Positions 1 through 11,379 of a stretch of 64,000 nucleotides of DNA are shown here, in pieces. The notes beneath the pieces are model-generated. The model ran no database searches, was not told the origin of the DNA, and saw only the letters and a program-made list of their open reading frames with translations. A program made the position numbers and the translations under genes. The stretch comes from Octopus vulgaris. Taxonomy: Eukaryota. How positions within the stretch are numbered: the stretch's first letter is position 1; each line of letters starts with the position of its first letter. The stretch spans positions 4,898,001-4,962,000 of the forward strand of contig OX597824.1 of assembly GCA_951406725.2 (NCBI GenBank), given 5' to 3'.

Positions 1-1618
1 CACTGCACTCCACTGATGCAGAGGAGACATGAATGTGGAGAGATTGCAGAATGCAGAGGGGAGAGGAGAGGAAAAAGGGAGTGCTCTAGATAGACTAGCA
101 GAGTGATTAGCTTTTGAAATTGACAGCTACACAGATGAAATAGCCATTAGAGATATGAAGGCAAGGAAAGCATCTAGACAACTAAGGATAGTAGATGAGT
201 GGCTTAAAACATCCAACAAAGTAGGACTCAGACCAGTCAATCAAATAAGAAAGGAATAATTCCCTATGACTGGCATAGCAATATTATCATTAACTGCTAC
301 AAGAGAAAAGGAGAATCTAGAAAAAAAAAGCAGCTGTAGTAGCAGGAAACTGATAGACCAAGTTATGAACACAGCACAACTAATTAAGGGGAACATTAGA
401 TTAGATTAGAAGCAATTTGAATTTATACCAGGAGAGGCAACTATTGATACCTTCTTCCTTGTAGAACTACAGAAGTTTGTAGCTAAGAGCAAGCTACAAC
501 ACCTGGAGAAGCCCTTTAAGAGGGTAACACACCCTGAAGTCTAGGGGCTACCAGGAAATTAGGTGAAGATAAATAGCATGTGATAACTATACAGTAAATC
601 ATTGCAGAGATGTGTGAACTGACATTAAGCTCAGTGTGCAATTGATATCTATAAGGTCTTGGTTCTCAGACACTTCCTGTTTATTTTAATTCTCTGGGCA
701 ACCACAAAAGAGTTTAAGACTGGCTGTCTATGGGAACTTTTGTATGCCGATAACCTAGTTCCTGAATCTGTCAAAGAATTAGGAGAGAAATTCTAAAGGT
801 GAGGCTAAAACTTAAAATCAAGAAGTCTTAAAGTAAACCTAGTTAGCAGGAAAGGAGATAGGACTCTATTGCTATCTAGTCAATAGCCATGCTTGACATA
901 CAGGAAAGAAAGAATAAGGAATTCCATGTAATGTACCCCATGTTAACTTTGAATGTATAAGAAGTGCAGAGCAGTCACAAGCAGGTTGACAGGAAACCTT
1001 TGTAAGTGGCAGATGTACTTAAGTAGCTAGCAAGAAGAGCACCCATGAAATAAATTCTTTCAAATATTCAGAGAGTACCATCAAAAAAGAGTTGATAGAT
1101 TCTGTTAGCCAGATGATCAGTTAGCAATGCAGGAGAGTGTTTTGAAAGAATAGTTGCCAAAGAACGGGGTTGAAAACTGCAGGGCACCGTTACCTCTACT
1201 TGTAACAGAGGTTTTCTGCTTCGGGGTATCACAATGGTGCATGTGTACAAAGTGTGATGCTGCATAACATGGGTCTTATATATGGGAAATATTGCAAAGA
1301 TTGGAAAGAAATGAAGCAATTATGTTCTGTTGGATGAGTAATTTTTTTTAGAGTCAATGAATGATGGATTACATATGAGAGAAAAACTAGGTATAAGATT
1401 AATTAAATGTGGCAAGCAAGAGAGAAGACTGAGATGGTTTGGAATTGTGGTGCATATGGAGTATGACAGTGGAAGGAACCTGTAGAAGAAGGGGACCCCA
1501 GAAGAAAGATAATCTCAGGGATCACAAGTGACAAGACACTGCACTAGAGAAGATCTACTTAAATCATGCAAGTATGGAAAAACAGACATAAAATGGTGAC
1601 AACGATGATGATGATGAT
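1..1618 (+). mobile_element. Old, heavily decayed RTE-type LINE (relative of the 5052-6548 family)
   Basis: GGCTGTCTATGGGAACTTTTGTATGCCGATAACCTA at ~722-757 (GCLWELLYADNL) parallels GCPWEILYADDL in the 5052 copy; Cys-rich remnants at ~887-1016; ends in CATGCAAGTATGGAAAAACAGACATAAA plus (GAT)n like the family tail; many stops and frameshifts. Confidence 0.8.
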
Positions 1619-1681
1619 AAATAAATATCTTCCTTTCTTGAAAGTACAACATGAAGAAATATTCTAGTTCTTCATTAAAGT

Positions 1682-1683
<2 letters not shown>

Positions 1684-1729
<46 letters not shown>
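1684..1729. repeat. (GT)n microsatellite
   Basis: Directly visible. Confidence 0.95.
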
Positions 1730-1732
<3 letters not shown>

Positions 1733-2358
1733 GAAAAAGTGAAATTAAAAAGGAAAAGATGAAACATTGGTTGGGATGTGAAATCTATTATATGATGGAG
1801 AGAAAGATTTTTCTTTTTACAAGTTAAATGTGATGAACAATAAAATCAATAATCAAGTCGGCAACTAGTGTGTTCTTTCTTAGTAAGCTAGTAGTAGTAG
1901 TAGTAGTGGTGGTAACCGACCAATAGTAGTTTACTGACAAACAATATGTATGTAGCATGACTTGGCAACTGATAGTTCTTATAACTCTTCTTTACTACAG
2001 TAGTATATATCAGCAAATACCAAGACTACTTATGCAAAATGGAAACACACTTTGTGCAATTTTCTAATTGCGCAAAGAAAAAAAGAGAAAACAAAGAATA
2101 CAAAAATGTACAACATATAACAAAGAAATATCAAATCCAATAAATATAGAAAGAACAGGGATGAGGAGGAGGAGGAGGAGGAGGAGGAGGAACTGTTTTT
2201 TCAATAAGATGAAAAACCATGCTCCTAGGACTATTGGTCTACTTACATAAACAGAAGAATGATTTCTAAAATAAGAGGCGGGTACTAATCAAAGTTTTGA
2301 TAGTGGTATTTACAGATTTTCTTTGCTAACATTCAGATTGTTGTTGTTGGTTTCATAC

Positions 2359-2391
<33 letters not shown>

Positions 2392-2954
2392 CACATATAT
2401 CAAATTAGTACTTAGATTTGTTATATCTAGCTTAGATTATCAGTTTTCTATGATTTTTATTTAGTAAACTGTATAGTTCAAGCATGATCTTATTAACCAC
2501 AGATTTTGTATATTATTTAATAATTCACAATCCTTAAATGATTTTGTAATTCTTGCACCTTCATCATATAGAAAAAAAAAATCAAGAAAATGTATACAAA
2601 CCCTACAATTGTTAATAATCTACAAAATCCTCATAATGATTGGTGAAGGTATCTACCTTCATGACCATTTTAGTTAAGTACACAAGCTCTATTTATTTAA
2701 ACATGTGGGTATAAGTATATCTTTAGTTTGGTTTTAAATAATTGGTGAGTTATAACCCTCTAAAACAGCTATGTGGGTCCAATAACAATTTCAAACTGGT
2801 TGGGTCTCATCCAATTTGGTGTAGTCAGAATTTTAATGAAACTCACTGAGACGAATATCAGTTCTTTGGATGTCAGACCCACATGATTACTTTAAGATTA
2901 AGGCCCCTAAAATATTTTACAGAAAGAATAAATGAATATTCTTATATAAATTCA

Positions 2955-2994
<40 letters not shown>

Positions 2995-3623
2995 CTATCA
3001 TTTATCAAGCATCAAGAATATTTAGTAAAATTTCCTTCTTTCTTTTTCCTAACAGTTTAGGAAACAAAATACAAATGAAGACAGCCTGACAGATAAAAGA
3101 AGAAAAAAAATTACTAAAATGTAAATAAAATGAAAAAAAACTGAAAAACCTAAGGTATTTAGATAGCTTGCTTGCTTGCAGGTTCCCTTGCTTGCTTGTT
3201 TGCTATCCTCTTTGCTAAACTATTATTCTCTCTACTTTCATTACTTCATTTTCAAAAAGGTTTCTATTGTTTGATGTATGATTTTTTTACTCCTTTCTTT
3301 CTAGCTGCTTCCATTCATGCATATACAAATAAAACATGGCTGAAAAGAAGAAATCGCACTGCTCTAAAAAGCCAAATGATATTCCAGTTGAAGACTATAT
3401 TAAGAGTGGATAGTAAGTGGCTTGTTTTCAGTTTTTCTTTATTTTATTTTTATTTTTCGCTTTCACTTCTTTTTTTTTTCCAGAGAGAGATTGATACTTG
3501 CGATCAATAAAATCATGGAAACTCCAAGTGCAGACAACCTATAACTCATATCCATTTGATTGGATATAGCAGAGTAATTCAAGATGGTTACCTTCAAACT
3601 CTCTGTCTCACAGCTCCCAAATT

Positions 3624-4446
3624 ATATATATATACAAACACATACATATATAATAAACATACATTTTATATATATATATGGGTGTGTGTGTGTGTATATA
3701 TGTATGTATAAATACACATATACACAACACATACATATATACATGTATATATATATGTATATACATATGTGTATATATATATACACATACATATATATAC
3801 ATATACACATATATATATATATACATATATATATATACACACACAGACACACACATATGTATACATATACACACATATATACACACATATATATATATAC
3901 ATACATATATATACATTATATATATATATACATACATATATATACATTAAATATATATATACATACATATACATATATATATATATACATATATATACAT
4001 TAAATATATATATACATACATATATATATATATATATACATTAAATATATATATATACATTAAATATATATATACATACATATACATACATATATATATA
4101 TATACATATACATACATATATATATATACATATATACACACACACACATATATATACATACATACACACACACATATATATATATATACATATATATACA
4201 CATATATATACATATGTATACATTAAATATATATATACATACATATATATACATATATATACACATTATATATATACATATATATACATTAAATATATAT
4301 ATACATACATATAGATATATGCATACATACATTATATATATATATATATATATACATACATATACATACATACATTATATATATATACATACATATACAT
4401 ATATATCCATACATATACATATATATATATACATACATATACATAC

Positions 4447-4482
<36 letters not shown>

Positions 4483-4630
4483 CATATACATACATTATAT
4501 ATATACATATATATATACATTATATATATACATATATACATACATTATATATATATATATATACACATATATATATACATATATATATACATATATATAT
4601 ATACATATATATATACAAATATATACATAC
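3624..4630. repeat. ~1 kb compound (TA)/(CA)/(TACA) microsatellite with recurring ACATTAAATATATA units
   Basis: Directly visible; source of the I/Y/H/T-only ORFs. Confidence 0.95.
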
Positions 4631-4929
4631 ATCCGATCGTGGCTATTTGCCAGCCTCGTCTGGCGCGTAAAAAGCACCCACTACACTCATGGAGTGGTTG
4701 GCGTTAGGAAGGGCATCCAGCCGTAGAAACATTGCCAGATCAGACTGGGCCTCGTGCAGCCTTCTGGCTTCCCAGACTCCAGTTGAACCGTCCAACCCAT
4801 GCCAGAATGGAAAGCGGACGCTAAACGATGATGATGATGATGATGCCTTCCAGCTTCACAGACCCCAGTTGAACCGTCCAACCCATGCTAGCATGGAGAA
4901 CGGACGCTAAATGATGATGATGATGATGA
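4631..4929 (+). mobile_element. Two tandem 5'-truncated 3' ends of the RTE-PHD LINE
   Basis: GGAGTGGTTGGCGTTAGGAAGGGCATCCAGCC block and CCAACCCATGC..GGACGCTAAA(C)GATGATGAT tail twice (4631-4845, 4845-4929); the same sequence is contiguous with ORF2 at 30722-31870. Confidence 0.85.
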
Positions 4930-4956
4930 TATATATACACATATATACATATATAC

Positions 4957-5025
<69 letters not shown>

Positions 5026-5051
5026 TACACATATACATATATACATATATA

Positions 5052-6548
5052 GAGATGCTCAAAATATCTGGTAGTGTCGGCTATAGCCTAGTCACCCGTA
5101 TAGTTAATCAAGTGATACACGAAGGAGTCATACCCAATGACTGGTGTAGCAGCATACTAGTCAACTGCTACAAAGGTAAAGGTGACGCCCTAGATACAAA
5201 TAATTACAGAGGTATCAAGCTGTTGGATCAGGTAATGAAGGTTACGGAGAGGGTCATAGCCCAACTAATTAGAGAGAGAGATAGTTTAGATGAGATGCAG
5301 TTTGGGTTCATGCCAGGGAAAATTACCACTGATGCTATATTCCTGGTAAGGCAGCTGCAGGAGAAATACCTAGCCAAAGATAAGCCCCTGTACCTGGCTT
5401 TCGTTGACATGGAGAAAGCCTTTGACAGGGTCCCCCAATCCCTTATCTTGTGGTCAATGAGGAAACTAGGGATAGATGAATGGTTAGTGAGAGCTGTGCG
5501 AGCCATGAACAGGGACGCCACTAGTAAGGTGAGGGTTGGCAACGAGTACAGTGAAGAATTCCGAGTAGAGGTAGGGGTTCACCAAGGCTTAGTCCTCATC
5601 CCCCTCCTATTTATCATAGTCCTCCAGGCAATAATGGAGGAATTCAAGACAGGATGCCCCTGGGAGATCCTCTATGCTGATGACCTTGCTCTAATTGCTG
5701 AGTCACTATCAGAATTGGAGGAGAAGTTTCAGGTGTGGAAGCAAGGATTAGAATCAAAGGGCCTTAGAGTCAATCTAGCTAAAACCAAAGTCCTAATAAG
5801 TAGGAAGGTAGACAAATCACAAAAGCCTTCAGGTAGATTGCCCTGCTCAATCTGTAGAAAAGGTGTAGGTAGAAACTCTAAAAGATGCACCAAGTGTAAG
5901 CTATGGACACATAAGAGGTGCAGCAATGTCAAAGGAAGGCTAACTAGGAAGATAGTTTTTGTATGTGGCAGATGCTCAGGAGCAATAAACGCTGAAAATG
6001 CTCTGAGACCAACTTCTGCCACATTCCAGGGAGAAAAACTAGAAATAGTTGATAGCTTCCGTTACCTAGGTGACCAAGTCAGTAGCAGGTGTGCTGAAAG
6101 TGTAACTGCTAGAGTAAGAATAGCTTGGGCAAAGTTCAGAGAGCTCTTACCTCTGCTGGTGATAAAAGGCCTCTCGCTCAGAGTAAAAGGCAGACTGTAT
6201 GACGCTTGTGTATGAACAGCCATGCTACATGGCAGTGAAACATGGGCCATGACTACTGAGGATATGCGTAAGCTCGCAAGAAATGAAGCCAGTATGCTCT
6301 GATGGATGTGTAATGTCAGTATTCATACTCGAATAAGAGTGTGAGTACCTTGAGAGAAAAGCTGGACCTAAGAAGCATCAGTTGTGGTGTGCAAGAGAGA
6401 CATTTGCGCTGGTATGGTCATGTGGCGAGAATGGATGAAGATAGTTGTGTGAAAAAGTGCCACACCTTAGCGGTTGAGGGAATCTGTGGAAGAGGCAGAC
6501 CCAGGAAAACTTGGGATGAGGTGGTGAAGCACGACCTTCGAACTTTAG
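5052..6548 (+). mobile_element. 5'-truncated RTE-clade LINE ORF2 (reverse transcriptase with internal PHD-like finger), pseudogenised
   Basis: RT motifs YKGKGD..NYRGIKLL, QFGFMPG, FVDMEKAFDRV, GVHQG, YADD (5673-5684), FRYLG, then LHGSETW and LRWYGHVARM; premature TGA at 6213 and a frameshift before the 6341 ORF; N-terminus of track ORF 4911 is microsatellite. Confidence 0.93.
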
Positions 6549-6549
6549 G

Positions 6550-7020
6550 TTTTGGACCTTCAAAACCATGGGAGAAGCCTTTTCGGTAAAAAAAAATAAA
6601 GAAAATATTCAAAAAATATCGTTAATATTTTTATTGGGCGACGAAATTCATCGATTTAAGAGATATGGCTGTTATTTCTAGCACATGCCTCGTTTGTTTA
6701 TCAATATCAATGAACGAGACAGACAGAAGAGAGAAGGATGAATAACACGTGTGTGTGTGTGTGTGTGTGTGCACGCTGTTTACGTTGTAACAGGATGTCT
6801 GAGTTCTTAGACACAGCAAATGAGTTGAGCTCAACTGCTGGCAATTCATTAGTTAAAATTTGAAGAATTAAACTACGTTAAACTTACAAATTACAATTTT
6901 CTCAAAAGAGCCAAGTGAAAATAATGTTTTCTTTTGACACATTCTACCAGTATACGAAGTTTCAAATTGTTTAGTTAACTAGAAATTGTGTTGAATTCCA
7001 TCCATCAAAAGGAAAAGATC
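6550..7020. repeat. Unidentified segment interrupting the RTE-PHD copy between ORF end and 3' UTR
   Basis: ORF homology stops at ~6548 and the 3' UTR resumes at 7021; the intervening sequence is unrelated and contains a (GT)n tract. Confidence 0.45.
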
Positions 7021-7175
7021 CCACTCATGGAGTGGTTGGCATTAGGAAGGGCATCCAGCCATAGAAACATTGCCAGATCAGACTGGGTCTGGTGCAGCCT
7101 TCTGGCTTCCCAGACCCCAGTTGGACCGTCCAACCCATGCTAGCATGGAAAGCGGACGCTAAACAATGATGATGA
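7021..7175 (+). mobile_element. RTE-PHD LINE 3' UTR end with (GAT)n tail
   Basis: Near-identical to 4685-4845. Confidence 0.85.
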
Positions 7176-7284
7176 TACACATATATACATATATATATAT
7201 ACACATATATACATATATATACATATATATATACATACATATATATATATACAAACATATACATACATATATATATATACATAC

Positions 7285-7315
<31 letters not shown>

Positions 7316-7326
7316 CATATACATAC

Positions 7327-7377
<51 letters not shown>

Positions 7378-7694
7378 CATACATATATATATATACATAT
7401 ATATATACATATATATATGTATATCATCCTTCTTCTTCTTCTTCCCTACCAAGAATTCATAATGACCTCGAACCCACAAGTGTAAACAAGAGAGACAGAG
7501 AAAGGCAGAAACAAGGAAAATGCCACTTATATTTGAACACTATACAAATATTCCTTTAAAAAAACTTTTCTTTTAATTTTCTAAATTTAATTATTTAATC
7601 GTTACAGTTGAAAAGGTCGCAAAATGACCGAAACCGGTACTGAAATGTTCTTTATAAAATTATTTTAGCATTTTCTATCTTGACTTGTTTTTTC

Positions 7695-7725
<31 letters not shown>

Positions 7726-7784
7726 CATATACACATATATATATACATACATATATACATATACACATATATATACATATATAT

Positions 7785-7831
<47 letters not shown>

Positions 7832-7918
7832 CACATATATATACATATATATATATATATATACATATATATATACATACATATATATATATATACATAC
7901 ATATATATATATACATAC

Positions 7919-7953
<35 letters not shown>

Positions 7954-8082
7954 CCCGGTCGAACCGTCCAACCCATGCTAGCATGGAGAACGGACGTTAA
8001 ACGATGATGATGATGATATATATATATATATACATACATATATATATATACATATATATACATACATATATATATATACAGA

Positions 8083-8116
<34 letters not shown>

Positions 8117-8137
8117 CATATATATATATATACATAT
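7176..8137. repeat. Compound (TA)/(CA) microsatellite tracts (7176-7423, 7695-8137) with a short RTE-PHD tail at 7954-8016
   Basis: Directly visible; CCGGTCGAACCGTCCAACCCATGCTAGCATGGAGAACGGACGTTAAACGATGATG embedded in TA. Confidence 0.9.
7601..7646 (+). ncRNA. Candidate minimal type I hammerhead ribozyme (Penelope-like-element type)
   Basis: Stem I GTTACAG/CTGAAAT (one mismatch), core TTGAAAA, stem II GGTC-gcaaaat-GACC, GAAA, palindromic ACCGGT stem III, GTA cleavage triplet. Confidence 0.6.
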
Positions 8138-8270
8138 AGTTGTTTCAGGTATTAGATTGTGACAATGTTGGGACACCACCATGTTGAAAGGTTTACTCCA
8201 TCAAATTGACCCCACATGCCACATTATAATACATATATAATGTCTTACACATACATATAAATTATATATA

Positions 8271-9540
8271 CGAGGGGCGTTCAATAAGTAATGCCCCTGA
8301 CCCACTTCCCATAGCAGTAGAGCAACGACACTTGGCACAGTTATTAGTCTTTTCCTACATAGGAACTACCCAGAGTTATGCATTTCTCCCATCGTTTGAT
8401 ACAGCTCTGGAGACCGTTTTTGTAGAAGACCCCAGCTTGGTCCTCCAACCACGACGTGACTTCAGAAATCAAGGCTGCATCATCTGGGAAACGCTTTCCT
8501 TTCAAAATCAACTTCATGGCTGGGCAGAGGTGAAAATCAGAGGGTGCAAGGGGAGGAGTTCATAGCTGCATGCCTGTGCTTCTGATCTGGCGACACGCGA
8601 GTTGTGGACCGGAGCGTTGTCCTGCAGGAGGAGGATGCCTTTGCTGATCTTACCCCGCCTCTTGATTTTGATAGCTTCTCTTAATTTCCTCAAAAGTGAA
8701 GCATAATAGGCTCCTGTAATTGTGGTACCCTTTGCCAGGAAATCTGTCATCACTACTCCGTCCTGGTCCCAGAAGACTGTGAGCATAACCTTGTCAGCGG
8801 AGGGCTGCACCCTTGCCTTCTTTGGAAGAGGTGAGTCACGGTGCTTTCACAGTATTGACTGGGCTTTGGTCTATGGATCATAGTGATGGACCCAGGTTTT
8901 ATCCTGTGTGATCAGTCTTTTGAAAAATTTTGACTCATCTTCTTGGCACATCTCCAAATTCATCCTCGAGCACTCAACGCGTTCTTGCTTCTGGAAAGGT
9001 GTGAGCAACCTGGAAATCCATCTGGCAGACACCTTTTGCATATGCAAATGGTCATGAATGATAGTTTCCACAGACCCGGTACTAATCTTGACCTTATGGG
9101 CTATTTGGCGAATAGTTACGCATTGACCTTCCAAAATGGCAGCCTCAACTTGACGGACAGACGTCTCATCAATGGCAGAAGGGGGCGACCAGATCTGGGA
9201 GCTGTTTCCACAGAGTTCTGACCATGTTTGAATTTACAATGCCAGCATTTTATAAGGTCATATGATGGGGCATCATCACCATAAGTTACTTTCATTTCAT
9301 CAAAAGTCTCCCGTGGTGTGCGTCCTTTCAAATACAAAAACCAGATCACTGCTCGACACTCAACAGGCTCCATTTCACACTTGACTCAGTTCAAACACCT
9401 GTAAATCAGAAACCTCAATTAGTTCAGAGCTGTAATTCGCCACTTAATCTATAGAGGTATAAATAAGTGCACATGCAAAATTTCAGCTAGATCAAACAAC
9501 TACAAGTGGGTCAGGGGCATTACTTATTGAACGCCCCTCG
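8271..9540 (-). mobile_element. Full-length mariner (Tc1/mariner, Himar1/irritans-like) DNA transposon, non-functional
   Basis: Perfect 37-bp TIRs CGAGGGGCGTTCAATAAGTAATGCCCCTGACCCACTT (8271-8307 and 9504-9540), TA on both flanks, 1270 bp. Confidence 0.96.
8344..9373 (-). pseudogene. Mariner transposase pseudogene
   Basis: MEPVECRAVIWFLYLKG..RSGRP HTH region, WISRLLT (WVPxxL motif), ITQDKTWVHHYDP, LLQDNAPVHNS, APSDFHL..KRWEKCI..YV; frameshifts, a stop at 8871 and deletion of the HPPYSPD stretch. Confidence 0.93.
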
Positions 9541-9558
9541 TATATATATACATATGTA

Positions 9559-9846
9559 CGTGGCCAATGCCAGCACCGCCTAGACTGGCTTCCGTGCCGG
9601 TGGCACGTAAAAAGCACCAATCCGATCGTGGCCGTTGCCAGCCTCCTCTGGCCCCTGTGCAGGTGGCACGTAAAAAGCACCCACTACACCCACGAAGTGG
9701 TTGGCGTTAGGAAGGGCATCCAGCCGTAAAAACACTGCCAGATCAGACTGGAGCCTGGTGCAGCCTCCTGGCTTCCCAGATCCCCGGTCGAACCGTCCAA
9801 CCCATGCTAGCATGGAGAACGGACGTTAAACGATGATGATGATGAT
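9559..9846 (+). mobile_element. RTE-PHD LINE 3' UTR fragment with hairpin repeats and (GAT)n tail
   Basis: Two GGTGGCACGTAAAAAGCACC units plus the family tail. Confidence 0.85.
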
Positions 9847-9884
9847 ATATATATATGTATGTATATATATTGTATGTCTTGCTT

Positions 9885-10645
9885 GCACATCTTGAAATCC
9901 AACACCATCTGAAGTGTGCAGGAACAGCTTTCGGCAAGCTTCGAACAAGAGTTTTTGCTGATCAGGACATCCGAACTGAAACCAAACTCATGGTGTACAG
10001 GGCAGTCATTATTCCAACCCTCCTTTACGCATCCGAAACCTGGACCCCGTATAGTCACCACCTGAAAACAATCAAGAAATTTCACCAACGCTGTCTTCAG
10101 AAGATCCTTAACATCAGCTGGGAAGACAGAAGAACAAACGTCAGCGTGCTACAAGAAGCAAAAATGACCAGCATCGAAGCCTATGTCATCAAAGGCCAAC
10201 TAAGATGGAGTGGCCACGTGGTTAGAATGACTGACGAACGACTTCCCAAACAGATCTTCTACTCCTAACTCAAAGACGGCAAGTGTACAAAAGGAGGCCA
10301 GAAGAAACGCTACAAGGACTCCCTGAAATTGAACCTCAAAAAGTGTGACATTGACTTCACCAACTGGGAGGAAACGGCAAAAAACAGACCACTCTGGAAA
10401 ACCACCATCCATGAGGGAACGGCGAATTTCGAGTCGAAAAGGTCTGCAGAGCTGGAGGAGAAAAGACGACGACGGAAGGAGCGCCAACAACAACCACGTG
10501 CGACTCTCCTTTCCGGCACTAGATGTCCGCACTGTGACCGATCTTTTCGAGCAAGAATTGGTCTTATCAGTCACCTGCAGACTCACCAATAAATTTGCGC
10601 GAAGACCATCATCCTCGACCTTGATGGATTGCCATAGTAGTAGTA
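9885..10645 (+). mobile_element. 3' fragment of an RTE (BovB/AviRTE-like) LINE with C-terminal C2H2 zinc finger
   Basis: AFGKLRTRVF, TKLMVYRAVIIPTLLYASETW, QLRWSGHVVRMTDERLPKQIFYS*, GGQKKRYKDSLK, CPHCDRSFRARIGLISHLQTH; one in-frame stop at 10266; short (TAG)n tail. Confidence 0.9.
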
Positions 10646-10769
10646 TATTGCATGGTCGGGTCGTCAGCGACTAAACCGGCAACTCCACCAAGCTTGCTTG
10701 GTGAGAAGGGTGTTTATCGGTCACCCTGCGGGATGAAAAACAAAACCTGTCAAAGGTCGGGCAAGGTCA

Positions 10770-11087
10770 TGTTCTGTTTATCTTGATATGAGATCACCAT
10801 GTCGCGCACATATGGTTGTGATGCATGTGCCTGGTGTACCCTTATCAGACGGGTAGTCATGATGGGTATACTGGGCTTCGTATATTTCGTAAAATTACTG
10901 CGGGTGTTACTCTGTAATTTTACCAAATACCTTAGGAATGAGAACCCAGGTTCGAAATTTCCCCCAAGACACCTGATAAAGGCTGGAGGGTATATCAGCT
11001 GAAAGGTGTTAACAACAAACAAGATGAGGACAAATATTCATCAAATGTCAATAATGTACCTAATTCCTCATCTCTTAAATATAGAAC
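10770..11087 (+). mobile_element. Probable Penelope-like terminal fragment carrying a dead hammerhead motif (10968-11010)
   Basis: GACAC-CTGATAA-a-GGCTG-gagggtatat-CAGCT-GAAA-g-GTGTT: stems I and II present, G8 mutated and stem III/NUH deleted; boundaries approximate. Confidence 0.45.
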
Positions 11088-11379
11088 TTGACAATCTTTA
11101 TATTTTCTGTTAAAGTACGATTATTTAAATTTACGGTTAATGTTTACATCTTGACCCGGAAATGAAAATCCCCACCCAAAAAACATTAACCATTACTACA
11201 TACCCAATGTCCTTCACTGGTTTGTTTTAATACAGTAACATGCTATTTGAGGGAAATTTGGTTGCTATTTCTAGCGGTTCGAACAGCCGTACGGCTCCTA
11301 AGTCCATACCTTGTTGTCTTTGATGTCTACAGGTGACCGGATAGAAAAGTCAAATCCTATGAAATGATATCCATAAATG

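Noticed and set aside
3584-8135. Many overlapping I/Y/H/T/C/V-rich ORFs (also at 19.7, 34.5, 39.8, 52.9, 60.5 and 63.7 kb)
   Set aside because: Translations of stop-free TA/CA/TG microsatellites; no coding evidence
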